Shown: positions 8,947-18,694, counted from the first letter of the stretch. The stretch is 64,000 nucleotides of DNA from Spirochaetia bacterium (GCA_965262935.1 OZ253572.1:4420042-4484041); one strand, 5' to 3'. Notes: generated by a model not told the origin, from the letters alone. Program-made: numbers and translations.

Positions 8947-9498
8947 ATGGGAAGCATTGGCGGTAGCACGGCGTGGCGGCGATCACTGGTCGCGCTGGCG
9001 CTTACGACCCTGATTCCCGCGACACTGATGGCAGCCATACCGGAGACAGGAGCAGCGGCGCCCGATTTCGAGTTGCCGAGCGCCGCCGGCGACACCCTCA
9101 CGCTGACCGCCACCCTGGAAGAAAACGCGGTGGTGCTGGTGTTCTACCGCGCCTTCTGGTGAACATACTGCCGGCGTCAGCTCGTCGAGCTGACTGAACA
9201 CTACGCAGAGATCACGGAGCTCGGAGCGGAGGTGCTGGCGATCAGCACCGACGACCTGTCGGGAGCGCATGCGATGGTCGCCAAGGTCGGCATCGAGTTT
9301 CCGGTGCTGTACAACAGCGATACCTCTGTCGTGGACGCCTACGGCGTGTACAACCTGCGCGGCGACAATCTGGCCGCCCCGTCAACGTTCATCATCGATA
9401 CCGAGGGCATCGTGCGCTGGTCGCACATCAGCCGGCGCACCAGCGACCGCCCCAAGACGTCCGAAATCATCAAGCAGCTCAAGAAGCTGAACGAGTAG
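8947..9498 (+). CDS. AhpC/TSA-redoxin (peroxiredoxin-like) protein with in-frame TGA 9160-9162, candidate selenocysteine (UxxC)
   Basis: ORFs 8947-9162 and 9232-9498 share one frame and are separated by a single TGA. Read through, the product is ...APDFELPS...VVLVFYRAFW[TGA]TYCRRQLVEL...LAISTDD...FPVLYNSD...FIIDTEGIVRW. Alternatively it is a nonsense pseudogene. Confidence 0.6.
9176..9194 (+). promoter_or_regulatory. candidate bacterial SECIS hairpin
   Basis: GTCAGCTC-GTC-GAGCTGAC is a perfect 8-bp stem with a G/U-containing apical loop. It starts 13 nt after the in-frame UGA. Confidence 0.4.
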
Positions 9499-9505
9499 CG
9501 CGGCC

Positions 9506-10486
9506 ATGGCCACCACTGAATCACCGATCGCCGGCCGCGACTGGAACGGCATCGTCACCTACCCCGATCCCGCCGTGCAGGTGCACGACCCGCGATTCGC
9601 CCTGATGAGACTCGGCAATGCAGCCGTGGAGCGGCTCTACACCGGCGCGCGCTGGGCCGAGGGCCCGGTGTGGTTCGGCGATCACGACTGCCTGCTGTTC
9701 AGCGACATCCCCAACAACCGCATCCTGCGCTTCGACGCCGCCAGCGGTCAGGTCAGCGAGTTCCGCCGGCCGTCCAGCAACACCAACGGCAACTTCCGCG
9801 ACGCCCAAGGGCGGCTGCTGTCGTGCGAGCACGACACCCGGCGCGTCACCCGTACCGAGCATGACGGTTCGATCACGGTGCTGATCGACCGCTTCGACGG
9901 CAAGCCGCTGAACGGGCCGAACGACCTGTGCACCCACCCCGACGGCTCGATCTGGTTCACCGACCCCGGCTACGGCACCCTGTTTCAGTACGAGGGGCAC
10001 TGGGCCGAGCACGAGTTGCCGGCGCGCGTCTACCGCCTCGATCCCGCTACCGGCGCGGCCACGGTGGCGGTGGACGACATGGTGATGCCCAACGGCATCT
10101 GCTTCACGCCCGACTTCGCCGGGCTGTACGTGGTGGAGACCGGTATCTCGCACCACCCCGGCACCCCACGCGTGATCTACCGCTACGATGTCGCCGGCAA
10201 CCGGACGCGCGCTCAGCGGGTGTTCGTCGACATGAGCCCGGGCAACTCCGACGGCCTGCGCGTCGACATCTACGGCAACGTGTGGGCGGGCGCCGCCGGG
10301 CCGGGAGACAGCTACAACGGGGTGCACTGCTTTGCCCCCGACGGTGAGTTGATCGGTCAGATCCATCTACCCGAGAAGTGCGCCAACCTGTGCTTCGGCG
10401 GCGCCAAGAAGAACCGCCTGTTCATGGCTGCCAGCCAGTCGCTGTACGCGGTGTACCTGGAAACGGCCGGCGCGCAGAGCCCTTAA
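9506..10486 (+). CDS. SMP-30/gluconolactonase/LRE family protein
   Basis: 326-aa ORF. EGPVWF, SDIPNNRILRFD, PNDLCTHPDGSIWFTDPGYG, PNGICFTPD and SDGLRVD are typical lactonase propeller motifs. Confidence 0.85.
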   Translation: MATTESPIAGRDWNGIVTYPDPAVQVHDPRFALMRLGNAAVERLYTGARWAEGPVWFGDHDCLLFSDIPNNRILRFDAASGQVSEFRRPSSNTNGNFRDAQGRLLSCEHDTRRVTRTEHDGSITVLIDRFDGKPLNGPNDLCTHPDGSIWFTDPGYGTLFQYEGHWAEHELPARVYRLDPATGAATVAVDDMVMPNGICFTPDFAGLYVVETGISHHPGTPRVIYRYDVAGNRTRAQRVFVDMSPGNSDGLRVDIYGNVWAGAAGPGDSYNGVHCFAPDGELIGQIHLPEKCANLCFGGAKKNRLFMAASQSLYAVYLETAGAQSP

Positions 10487-10525
10487 GTTCTGCGGCCCGC
10501 GGGCACAGCGCGCGCATGCTGCACC

Positions 10526-10554
10526 TTGCCCGGAGGCGCGCTTGTCCCTATAGT
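10526..10554 (+). promoter_or_regulatory. possible sigma70-type promoter for the transketolase-like gene
   Basis: TTGCCC (10526-10531), a 17-nt spacer, then TATAGT (10549-10554). It lies about 50 nt upstream of the AAGGAG RBS and ATG 10606. Confidence 0.3.
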
Positions 10555-10605
10555 GCAGAGGGCCGCGCGGGTTCCTCGCCGGGCCCCTTCAAGGAGTACG
10601 CAGCT

Positions 10606-13173
10606 ATGTCAGGGTCGAACGGCACCTCAACCGTAGGAGTTCGCGAGCGCGAGCGCCCTCATATTCCGCTCCAACGGGCGGTCGCGGTTCCCGCCTACGA
10701 CGCGGAACGATTCGAGCAGGTGGGTTTTCTGACCGCCATGACCCTTACCCTGCTCGGCAACTACGCGCAGACGGGCCACTTCGGCGGGCCGCTGGCCTAC
10801 ACCCCGTACAACGTCGCCCTGCATCTGGCGGGCCCCGACGCCGGCGGGCTGCGCTACGACTACCGCCGCCCCAAGCACCCGTTCGCGGACCGCTTCCTGC
10901 TCGCCGGCGGCCACAACGTTCCCACCGGCTACGCACTGTGGATGATCATGGGGGAGGCGCTGGCGCGGCGCCGCGCCGCTACCGGCGATGACCGCTACTA
11001 CGCGGACCCCAAGCAGGGGCTCCTGTCGATCGACTGCCTCGGGTTCCGGCGCGGCGCCGGTGCCCTGGCCACCCTGCTCGCCGATCACGGCCTGACCGAG
11101 GATCCGCTGTTCGCGCAAGCCAAGCTGCGCGGCATCCGCGCCCTGGCCGGCCACGCCGAGACCACCGACGTGACCAACGACGTGAACGGCGGCCCTTCCG
11201 GAATCGGCATCGGCAGCTCCGCCGGCAAGGCGGCGTTCTGGGACTTTGTCGGCGCGCCATCGTCGCTCAAGGTGATGGCACTGGAAGGGGAGTTCGCCAT
11301 GACCGCCGGCCATGCCCAGGAGTTGAAGACGCAGGCGATCGCCCAGCAGGTGGGCAAGCGGCTGCGCATCCTGCTGTCCTACAACAACGCCGGCATCGAC
11401 GACCGGCTGCAGGGCGGCGTGGTGCCGGACGGCATGGACGGGTACGACATCGCCGAACAATGGGCATCCTACGGGTGGAACGTCCTGTCGCTGGACAACG
11501 CCAACTGCTACGACGAAATCCTCGCCGCGATGCGCTCCATGGAGCAGTGGGATGCCGACGACCGGCGCCCGATGATCGTGGTCGGCCGCACCACCAAGGG
11601 CTGGTGGCCGGCCGCCACCAATGGCGCCATCCCGGGGTTCGGCGAGCAACTGGTCGGCTACCACAGCCATCCCTACGAGATGAAGATGAACGCGCCCTAC
11701 TTCGTCGCACTGGCCGCAACCTTCGAACAGCGCTTCGGGGTGACGTTCTCGGGCATCCGCGACGGCGCGGTCGATGATCCGCGCGAACGGCTGATCCAGT
11801 TCAAGACCAACATCGACATCGCCATGTCGGCCCTGGACCGGAACGGCCTCGGCGAGTGGCTGGCGGACCGCCTGCTGGAGATCGCCGACACCGTACCGAA
11901 CGCGTTGCCGTTGCGCATCGATGCGACCATCGATCCGTTCCAGGACGCCCGGCTGCAGGTGGCTTCCCTGCCGTCCGAACCGACCACGGTAGCCGTGACT
12001 CATCCCACCAGCGGCGAGCAGTCCGAGGTAACCGTCAACCTGTTCAAGAAACCCGGCGAGGTGGCCGGCACGCGGCGCGCCATCGCCGACGTGATCAAGT
12101 GGATGAACTACGTGACCGGCAACCGCTTCATCACCGTGGCCGCCGACCTGTCCGGGTCGATCAACGTCGAGAGCGGCTCGCTGACCGGTCACTACGACCC
12201 GGTGCGCAACCCCGCCGGCACCCGCTTCAAGGCCGCCATCCAGGAAGCGTGCAACACGCTCACGGCGATCGGACTGGTGAGCCAGAGCGCATCGCCGGAT
12301 GCCGGCGTGCACGGCGGCGTATGGGCGCTGAGCGGCAGCTACGGCGCGTTTACGCCGCTGATGTACCTGCCGGCGCGGGTGTGGAGCCAGCAGAATCAGG
12401 ACAGCCCGTTCCGAGTCGGCGTGCTGAACATCCTCGCCGGCCATTCCGGCCCCGAGACCGCCGCCGACGCGCGCACCCACTTCGGCATCTTCGCGCCGCA
12501 GGTGTGGCGCCTGTTTCCGCGCAACCAGGCCATCGTGCTCAACTTCTGGGATTACAACGACGTGGCGCCCGGTTACTTCGCGGCCGCCGAAATCGCCGCC
12601 CGCGAAGCGCAGGTCGGCATCATCGTCATCGAGGTGGCGCGCCCCGACTTCCCGGTGGCGGACCGCTCGACGTTCGCCGACAGCGACCGCAATGCGGCCG
12701 CCAAGGGCTTCTACCTGATCCGCGACTACGCCGCCGGCCGCCCGCGCCACGGCTACGTGGTGGTGCAGGGATCGAGTTCCACCTTCAACCTGGTGCAGGC
12801 GATTCCGCGGCTCGAGCAAGCGGGCATCAACGTCAAGATCGTTGCCGCGGTCAGCGAAGAGTTGTTCGACCGCCAGCCGCCGGCGTATCGCGACGCCGTG
12901 CTCCCCGCCGAGGCGCGCGCCGACATGATGGTGGTGAGCACCGGCACGCAGCGCATGTGGCCGTTGCGTGACGTCGGCCCGCTGGTGACCGAGTACTCGT
13001 TGACCTCGGACTGGCACCAGCGCTGGCTCACCGGCGGCAGCGAAGCCGACGTGATCGCCGAGGCGCACCTGGACACCGAATCGATCGTTGCCGGCGTGCA
13101 GCGGTTCGCGGCCGATCGCGCGCAGCGCCTCGACCGCCAGCGCCGGCTGCTCGCCGCGCTCGATCCCGCGTGA
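10606..13173 (+). CDS. transketolase-like TPP-dependent enzyme (855 aa)
   Basis: ORF 10378-13173. The start is set at ATG 10606, preceded by AAGGAG (10591-10596). GHFGGPLAYTPYNVALHL, GGHNVPTGYAL and NGGPSGIGIGSSAG resemble the transketolase N-terminal domain. Confidence 0.7.
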   Translation: MSGSNGTSTVGVRERERPHIPLQRAVAVPAYDAERFEQVGFLTAMTLTLLGNYAQTGHFGGPLAYTPYNVALHLAGPDAGGLRYDYRRPKHPFADRFLLAGGHNVPTGYALWMIMGEALARRRAATGDDRYYADPKQGLLSIDCLGFRRGAGALATLLADHGLTEDPLFAQAKLRGIRALAGHAETTDVTNDVNGGPSGIGIGSSAGKAAFWDFVGAPSSLKVMALEGEFAMTAGHAQELKTQAIAQQVGKRLRILLSYNNAGIDDRLQGGVVPDGMDGYDIAEQWASYGWNVLSLDNANCYDEILAAMRSMEQWDADDRRPMIVVGRTTKGWWPAATNGAIPGFGEQLVGYHSHPYEMKMNAPYFVALAATFEQRFGVTFSGIRDGAVDDPRERLIQFKTNIDIAMSALDRNGLGEWLADRLLEIADTVPNALPLRIDATIDPFQDARLQVASLPSEPTTVAVTHPTSGEQSEVTVNLFKKPGEVAGTRRAIADVIKWMNYVTGNRFITVAADLSGSINVESGSLTGHYDPVRNPAGTRFKAAIQEACNTLTAIGLVSQSASPDAGVHGGVWALSGSYGAFTPLMYLPARVWSQQNQDSPFRVGVLNILAGHSGPETAADARTHFGIFAPQVWRLFPRNQAIVLNFWDYNDVAPGYFAAAEIAAREAQVGIIVIEVARPDFPVADRSTFADSDRNAAAKGFYLIRDYAAGRPRHGYVVVQGSSSTFNLVQAIPRLEQAGINVKIVAAVSEELFDRQPPAYRDAVLPAEARADMMVVSTGTQRMWPLRDVGPLVTEYSLTSDWHQRWLTGGSEADVIAEAHLDTESIVAGVQRFAADRAQRLDRQRRLLAALDPA

Positions 13174-13211
13174 CCAGCGCCGCATAAACCTGACCCTCGG
13201 AGTAACCGAAT

Positions 13212-14441
13212 ATGAGCAACATGATGAGTCGTTCCCGCACCCCCCGCCGCATCTCCCGTCTGGGCACCGAGACGGCGTTCGCCGTGTCCGGCGATGCGGC
13301 CGCGTGGGCGGCGCAGGGGCACCGCGTGTTTCCCTTCCACCTCGGCGACATGAACATTCGCACGCCGTTGAACATCATCCGCGCCGCGTACACGGCCATG
13401 ATCGACGGCAGAACGTTCTACTCGCCGGCCGGCGGCGTCCCGCAGCTGCGCGGGGCAATTGCGGATGCGCTGAGCGCCGAGCGCGGGGTGAACTACGAAG
13501 CCACCAACGTATCCGTACAGCCGGGCGGGAAACCGTGCATCGGCAAGTTCCTGATGGCGGTGATGGAAAACGGCGACGGCGTGCTGTACCCCAATCCCGG
13601 CTACCCGATCTACGAGTCGCAGGTCGACTTCCTCGGCGGCCGCGGCCAGCCCTACACCTACCTGGTCGACGAGGGGCGGTTCCGCATCGATCGTGACTCC
13701 GTCCTGCGCGCCGTCGACGACACCACGCGTGTGCTGATCGTCAATGCGCAGCACAATCCCACCGGCGCGGATGCCAGCGCGGAAGAGTTGGAGTGGCTCG
13801 CCGGCCTGGCCCGCGATCGCGACCTGTGGGTGCTGTCCGACGATCCCTACATCGACATCCGCTTCGCCGGCACCAGCCACTCCATCGTCGAGTTCGACGG
13901 CATGGCCGAGCGTACGGTGATCGCCTACACGTTCTCCAAGAAGTACGCCATGACCGGCTGGCGGCTCGGCGCCGCGGTGGGGCCGGAATCGGTCATCGAC
14001 ATCATCACCAAAATCAACACCAACGACGAGTCGTGCACCAACCAGTTCGTGCAACTGGGCGGGGTGGAGGCGCTGCAGGGCGATCAGAGCGGCTCCGAGC
14101 ACATCATCAACACCCTGCAGGGCCGCCGCAACTGCATCGTCGACCTGTTGAACGGCATCGAAGGCGTGTCGGTACCCGACTCGGACGCCACCTTCTACCT
14201 GTTCCCTGACGTGACCGACGTCTACCGCTGGCTCGGATACCGGGTGGGCAACGACGAAGATGCGCAGACGTTTCGCACCACCACCATGCAGGAGACCGGC
14301 GTGTCGTTCTGCGCGCGCACCCACTTCGGGCGGTCGCTGCCCGGCGAGGAGCGCGTGTATGTGCGCTTCGCCTACTCCGGAATCGACGAAAAGGACGCCC
14401 GGGAGGGGCTGGCGGCGCTCAAGAGGTACTGGGAGGCGTAA
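13212..14441 (+). CDS. PLP-dependent aminotransferase, class I/II
   Basis: 409-aa ORF. YSPAGGVPQLRGAIA, LYPNPGYPIYES, NAQHNPTGA and YTFSKKYAMTGWRLG (PLP-lysine motif). Confidence 0.85.
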   Translation: MSNMMSRSRTPRRISRLGTETAFAVSGDAAAWAAQGHRVFPFHLGDMNIRTPLNIIRAAYTAMIDGRTFYSPAGGVPQLRGAIADALSAERGVNYEATNVSVQPGGKPCIGKFLMAVMENGDGVLYPNPGYPIYESQVDFLGGRGQPYTYLVDEGRFRIDRDSVLRAVDDTTRVLIVNAQHNPTGADASAEELEWLAGLARDRDLWVLSDDPYIDIRFAGTSHSIVEFDGMAERTVIAYTFSKKYAMTGWRLGAAVGPESVIDIITKINTNDESCTNQFVQLGGVEALQGDQSGSEHIINTLQGRRNCIVDLLNGIEGVSVPDSDATFYLFPDVTDVYRWLGYRVGNDEDAQTFRTTTMQETGVSFCARTHFGRSLPGEERVYVRFAYSGIDEKDAREGLAALKRYWEA

Positions 14442-14480
14442 CCTTCGGGCAGCCTGAGCGGACCGGTTGTTGCCGGCTGA

Positions 14481-15851
14481 GTGCCCGCCGTACTATCTTG
14501 CCGCGTGCAGCACGCAACGAGAACCGAGTTCCTGAAGCGCGACCAGCGCCATCTGATTCACCCGATCCACAGTCGCAGCGTCCATGCCGCCGGCCACGTG
14601 TGGGTGCGCGGCCACGGCGCCGTGATGGAGGACGCCGACGGCAGCGAGTACCTGGACGGCCTGTCGGGGCTCTGGAACGTGGTAGCCGGCCACGGCCGTA
14701 CCGAGCTGGCGGATGCCGCCGCCCGGCAGATGAGCACCCTCGCCTACTGCTCCGCCTACGCCGGCAGTTCCAATCCGGCGGCCATCGAGCTGGCGGAACG
14801 GCTGGCCGGGCTCACCTACCCGTCGATCAACCGTTTCTTCTTCACCTCCGGCGGCGGCGAGTCCAGTGAGACCTCGTTCAAGCTGGCGCGCTCCTACTGG
14901 AAGCTGCGCGGCAAGCCGCACAAGACCAAGGTGATCTCGCGCCAGTGGGGCTACCACGGCGTGACGCTCGCCGCCATGAGCGCCACCGGCATCGCCTCCT
15001 ACTGGCCGGCGTTCGAACCGCGCGTGCCCGGCTTCATCCACATTCCGTCACCCTACCCGTACCGCTACGTGGCGCCGGCGGGGGTGAGTCAGGGGATTGC
15101 AGCGGCCGACGAGCTGGAGCAGGCGATCCTGCGCGAGGGCGCCGACACGGTGGCGATGTTTCTGGCCGAACCGGTGCAGGGCGCCGGCGGGGTGATTGTG
15201 CCGCAGGACGATTACTTCCCGCGCATTCGCGAGATCTGCGACCGCTACGACGTGCTGTTTGTGGCGGACGAGGTGATCACCGGCTTCGGGCGCACCGGCA
15301 CGCTGTTCGCCCTGGATCACTGGGGCGTGCAGCCGGACGTGATGCAGTTCGCCAAGGCGGTGACGTCAGGCTACTTCCCGTTCGGCGGCGTGGGCGTCAA
15401 CGACCAGATTGCCGAGGTGTTGGACGATGCCTCCGGCCCGTGGATGCACGCCTACACCTACAGCGCCCACCCGGTGGGCTGCGCGGTGGCGATGCGCGCC
15501 ATCGACATCATTCTGGACGAGGACTTTCCGGGGCAGGCGGCCGCCAAGGGCGACCGGCTGTTGAACGGTCTGACGGCGGCGTTGGCGGACCACCCGCATG
15601 TCGGCGACGTGCGCGGCAAGGGGCTGATGTGCGCCGTCGAGATCGTGCAGGACAAGGCCACCAAGGAAGAGTTCCCGGCCGCCGACAACGTCGGCAACAA
15701 GGTACATGCCGCCACCGGGCGGCGCGGCCTGTTCAGCCGCGTGCGCGGCGACGTGTTCCTGCTCGCCCCGCCGGTAGTCAGCAGCGAAGATCAACTCGAC
15801 CGGATGGTGGACATCCTGCACGAGTCCGTGCTCGAGGTCCTGCCAGCCTGA
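14481..15851 (+). CDS. class III (omega) aminotransferase
   Basis: 456-aa ORF. GLWNVVAGHGR, FFTSGGGESSETSFKLAR, GYHGVTLAAMSATG, VADEVITGFGRTG and the FAKAVTSGYFP Lys motif. An alternative GTG start lies at 14505. Confidence 0.85.
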   Translation: MPAVLSCRVQHATRTEFLKRDQRHLIHPIHSRSVHAAGHVWVRGHGAVMEDADGSEYLDGLSGLWNVVAGHGRTELADAAARQMSTLAYCSAYAGSSNPAAIELAERLAGLTYPSINRFFFTSGGGESSETSFKLARSYWKLRGKPHKTKVISRQWGYHGVTLAAMSATGIASYWPAFEPRVPGFIHIPSPYPYRYVAPAGVSQGIAAADELEQAILREGADTVAMFLAEPVQGAGGVIVPQDDYFPRIREICDRYDVLFVADEVITGFGRTGTLFALDHWGVQPDVMQFAKAVTSGYFPFGGVGVNDQIAEVLDDASGPWMHAYTYSAHPVGCAVAMRAIDIILDEDFPGQAAAKGDRLLNGLTAALADHPHVGDVRGKGLMCAVEIVQDKATKEEFPAADNVGNKVHAATGRRGLFSRVRGDVFLLAPPVVSSEDQLDRMVDILHESVLEVLPA

Positions 15852-15894
15852 TCAGGGGCGGGGCGCGGCGCCCCGCCGCGCCGGTTTCGCGGCG

Positions 15895-16728
15895 CTAACG
15901 GTACGTGACGTCCTCGATGTAGGCGTAGGCGGTGAGCGGCGCCGCGGCGAGCAGGCCGCCGTCCACCGGCAGCACCACGCCCGATATCCAGCGCGCCTCG
16001 TCGCTGGCCAGAAACACCGCCGCCCACGCGATGTCCCACGCGGTGCCCTCGGTGCCGAGCGGGCCGGCGCGGCGGCGCAGGTCGCGGGTGCGCTCCGACA
16101 TGTGACCGGTGAACGCGGCATGCAGGTGTCCGGGCGCGATGCAGTTGGCGCGGATCCCCTCGCGGCCATGGTATACCGCGGTGGTCTTGGTCAACATGTG
16201 CAGCGCGCCCTTGGCGATCCCGTACGGCACGTTGACCGCCATGCCGGCGGTCAGGCCGTCGATAGAGGACACGTTGATGATCGATCCGCCGCCGGCCGCG
16301 ACCATGGCGGGGATGGCATGCTTGCTGGAGTAGATCGCGCTCTTGAGATTGACGTCGAGGCTGTGCTCCAGAGTCGCTTCGTCCAGGCCGCTCACCGTAC
16401 CCCTGGCGGCGCCGGTGCCGCAGTTGTTGAACAGCACGTGCAGGGCGCCATAGCGGTCCACCGCCGCCGCCACCATGGCCGCGCACTGTTCGCTCTTCGA
16501 CACGTCGGCGGCGAACGCCGACGCCTCCCCGCCCGCGGCGCGGATCTCCGCCACGGTGCGCTCCGCGTTGTCGGCGTGCAGGTCGGCGACCAGCACCCTG
16601 GCGCCCTCGCGCGCCAGCGCTACCGAGGTGGCGCGTCCGGTGCCCAGCTCGGTCCCTTCGCGCGCGCCGCCGCCGGTGACGATGGCCACCTTGCCAGCCA
16701 GCCGGCCATTTCCCTTGTTCGATTCCAT
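15895..16728 (-). CDS. SDR family oxidoreductase
   Basis: The start is set at MESNKGNGRLAGKVAIVTGGG (ATG 16728). TGGGAREG dinucleotide motif, NNCG, and the catalytic YGIAKGAL (YxxxK). Confidence 0.85.
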   Translation of the reverse strand: MESNKGNGRLAGKVAIVTGGGAREGTELGTGRATSVALAREGARVLVADLHADNAERTVAEIRAAGGEASAFAADVSKSEQCAAMVAAAVDRYGALHVLFNNCGTGAARGTVSGLDEATLEHSLDVNLKSAIYSSKHAIPAMVAAGGGSIINVSSIDGLTAGMAVNVPYGIAKGALHMLTKTTAVYHGREGIRANCIAPGHLHAAFTGHMSERTRDLRRRAGPLGTEGTAWDIAWAAVFLASDEARWISGVVLPVDGGLLAAAPLTAYAYIEDVTYR

Positions 16729-16859
16729 TGCCAACCGAGCATGCCGGATTCTCACCGCTTCGGGTAGGGGGTGGCGGCTGGCGCCCGCTCCCGCGAGCTT
16801 GCCACGTCCTCCCGGACGGCGGCGGTGCGGTCGATGCGCGGCAGGCGGGCGGGCGCGAG

Positions 16860-17342
16860 CTATCGTGCGCGGTCGATGCGCAGCAGGCGAGCGGTCGCGG
16901 CGCCGGTGTTGGTCCACGCGCCTTCGACGCTCAGCACCGCCATGGCGCCGGTCGGCAGCGCGATGAAGCGCCCCGACAGCCCGGTGGCCAGCTCGCTGAA
17001 GGTGGGATTGTGGCCCACCAGCAGCACCCGCTGCAGCGCCTCATCCAGACCGTGGACCAGGCGCAGCACGGCTTCCGCATCCGCCAGGTAGATCCCGTCG
17101 CGGCGGATGATGCGCTGTTCCGGCAGCCCGGCCGCCTTGGCCCACAGCGCGGCGGTTTGCACGGCGCGCGCCGCCGTGCTGGCGATCACCAGTTCGGGAA
17201 GTTCTCCGTCGGCGGCAGAGCGGCTGCCCAGGGCCGCCGCCTCGCGCCGCCCGCGGTCGGTCAGCTCGCGGTCGTGGTCGCGCTGCCCCGCCGCCCGCGG
17301 TCCGGCCTTGGCGTGGCGCAGCAGATACAAGGTCTTGGACAT
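16860..17342 (-). CDS. sixA: histidine phosphatase family protein (SixA-like)
   Basis: The start is set at MSKTLYLLRHAKA (RHA/RHG catalytic motif). LTDRGRREA and the LLVGHNP motif are present. Confidence 0.7.
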   Translation of the reverse strand: MSKTLYLLRHAKAGPRAAGQRDHDRELTDRGRREAAALGSRSAADGELPELVIASTAARAVQTAALWAKAAGLPEQRIIRRDGIYLADAEAVLRLVHGLDEALQRVLLVGHNPTFSELATGLSGRFIALPTGAMAVLSVEGAWTNTGAATARLLRIDRAR

Positions 17343-17347
17343 CGGCT

Positions 17348-18694
17348 CTACTCCTCCTGCAGCTCGTGCAGCGCCAGGTTGCGGGCGAGTACGCACCCCG
17401 GCGCCCCACCGACGAACACCCGCGCCTCCACCGCGCACGCCGCGGCCGGCGCGCGGGCGCTGACGCGCGCTCCGCACCACGGTACCACGCCCGCGAGCGG
17501 CGTGCTGTGCGGGGCAGCCGGCGCGCTGCAGAGCGCGCCATCCTCGCGGTCGAGGAAGTAGAGTTGCAGGTGCGCCCGCGCCGCCGGGGCCATCGTCTCA
17601 GTGCGCAGCTCGCCGGTCAACTCGTAGCGCCGCCCGGGCACCACCGCCACCCGCTGTGCCAGGAATAGCGCGCCGTGGCCGCGGTTGTCCAGACCCGATG
17701 CGCCGTCGGCGCCGTACCCCGGCTCCCCCGCGCCCTCCGCGAAACGGCGGTAGCAGTGCCAGCCGGCCGGCACCCCGGCCGCGTCGGCATCGGCCAGAGC
17801 GCCGTTCACCAGCCGCGCAACCGTGGCCACGCGCGGGCGGTAGTTGGCGAACTGCCATACGATTTCGCCGCCCCGGTTCACCTCGATCACCCGGTGGTGG
17901 TGCTGGTCGGAAATCAGCGTGTTGCCGTCCGGCAGCCGGTCGGCCTCGTAGAAGCTGGCGTAGTAGTTCACCGCGAACTGCCACTCGATCGCGCCGAGCG
18001 GGCTCAACTCCACCACCCGGTGGTGGCGCGAGTCGGTGACCAGCAGCCGGCGGTCCGCGACTCGATCGACGTCGCGCGGAAAGCTCAGCGGTTCGCCCGC
18101 GCCGCCGCCGTAGCTCCACACCACCTCGCCGCCGCGATTCAGTTCCAGGACGCGGTCGGCGCCCGATGCCGCCACCAGGATGTTGCCGTCCGGCTGCGGA
18201 TCGGCGTTGTGCGGGCCGCGAATCGCAACGCCGCTGAAGCTCCAGCGCACCCCGCCCGCTTCGTCGACGATCACCACGCGGTCGTGGTTGCGATCGGTGA
18301 CCATGATGGTGCCGTCGTCGAGGCGGTGGGCATCGTTCGGATAGGCGAACCGCGAGCCGTCGGAGAGGGCGCCCCAGGCGGATGAATCGCAGCGTACGGC
18401 GCCGTCCTCCGCTACCAGCAGCAGCCGCTGATGGTTGGTGTCGGTGATCAGGGTGGATCCGTCCGTCTGCCGCTCGGCGCTGTGCGCGAAGGCGAGGCCG
18501 CCGGCGTAGCGCCATACCACTTCTCCGGCGCGGTTCACCTCCAGGATCTCGCTGCCCTCGCCCAACTCGTCGCCGGCATCCGCGATCAGCGTGTTGCCAT
18601 TGGCCAGACGCTGCACGCTGCAGGGGAACTCCAGCACGCCGGCCCGATCGCGGCTTTCCTGCGGGAGCGCTGCCAGCTCACTCATCCTGGCCAC
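17348..18694 (-). CDS. beta-propeller repeat protein with C-terminal beta-sandwich-like domain (function unknown)
   Basis: Six repeats of DG(N/S/T).L(I/V).D...H.RV.E(V/L) (for example DGSTLITDTNHQRLLLV, DGNTLISDQHHHRVIEV). It lies 5 nt upstream of sixA on the same strand. Confidence 0.6.
   Translation of the reverse strand: MARMSELAALPQESRDRAGVLEFPCSVQRLANGNTLIADAGDELGEGSEILEVNRAGEVVWRYAGGLAFAHSAERQTDGSTLITDTNHQRLLLVAEDGAVRCDSSAWGALSDGSRFAYPNDAHRLDDGTIMVTDRNHDRVVIVDEAGGVRWSFSGVAIRGPHNADPQPDGNILVAASGADRVLELNRGGEVVWSYGGGAGEPLSFPRDVDRVADRRLLVTDSRHHRVVELSPLGAIEWQFAVNYYASFYEADRLPDGNTLISDQHHHRVIEVNRGGEIVWQFANYRPRVATVARLVNGALADADAAGVPAGWHCYRRFAEGAGEPGYGADGASGLDNRGHGALFLAQRVAVVPGRRYELTGELRTETMAPAARAHLQLYFLDREDGALCSAPAAPHSTPLAGVVPWCGARVSARAPAAACAVEARVFVGGAPGCVLARNLALHELQEE

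Noticed and set aside
10627-13185. 852-aa minus-strand ORF, and likewise 12753-14324
   Set aside because: These are antisense to the transketolase-like and aminotransferase genes, and their composition is low-complexity (R/A/G/H-rich). The same reasoning applies to 18911-20908 (+), 40403-42208 (-), 44792-46684 (-), 22795-24138 (-) and 53244-54584 (-).
14491-14507. TACTAT (14491-14496) as a -10 box that would make the class III aminotransferase mRNA leaderless from GTG 14505
   Set aside because: The -35 candidates (TTGTTG/TTGCCG) have non-optimal spacing, and there is no independent support. The annotated start is left at 14481, with 14505 as an alternative.
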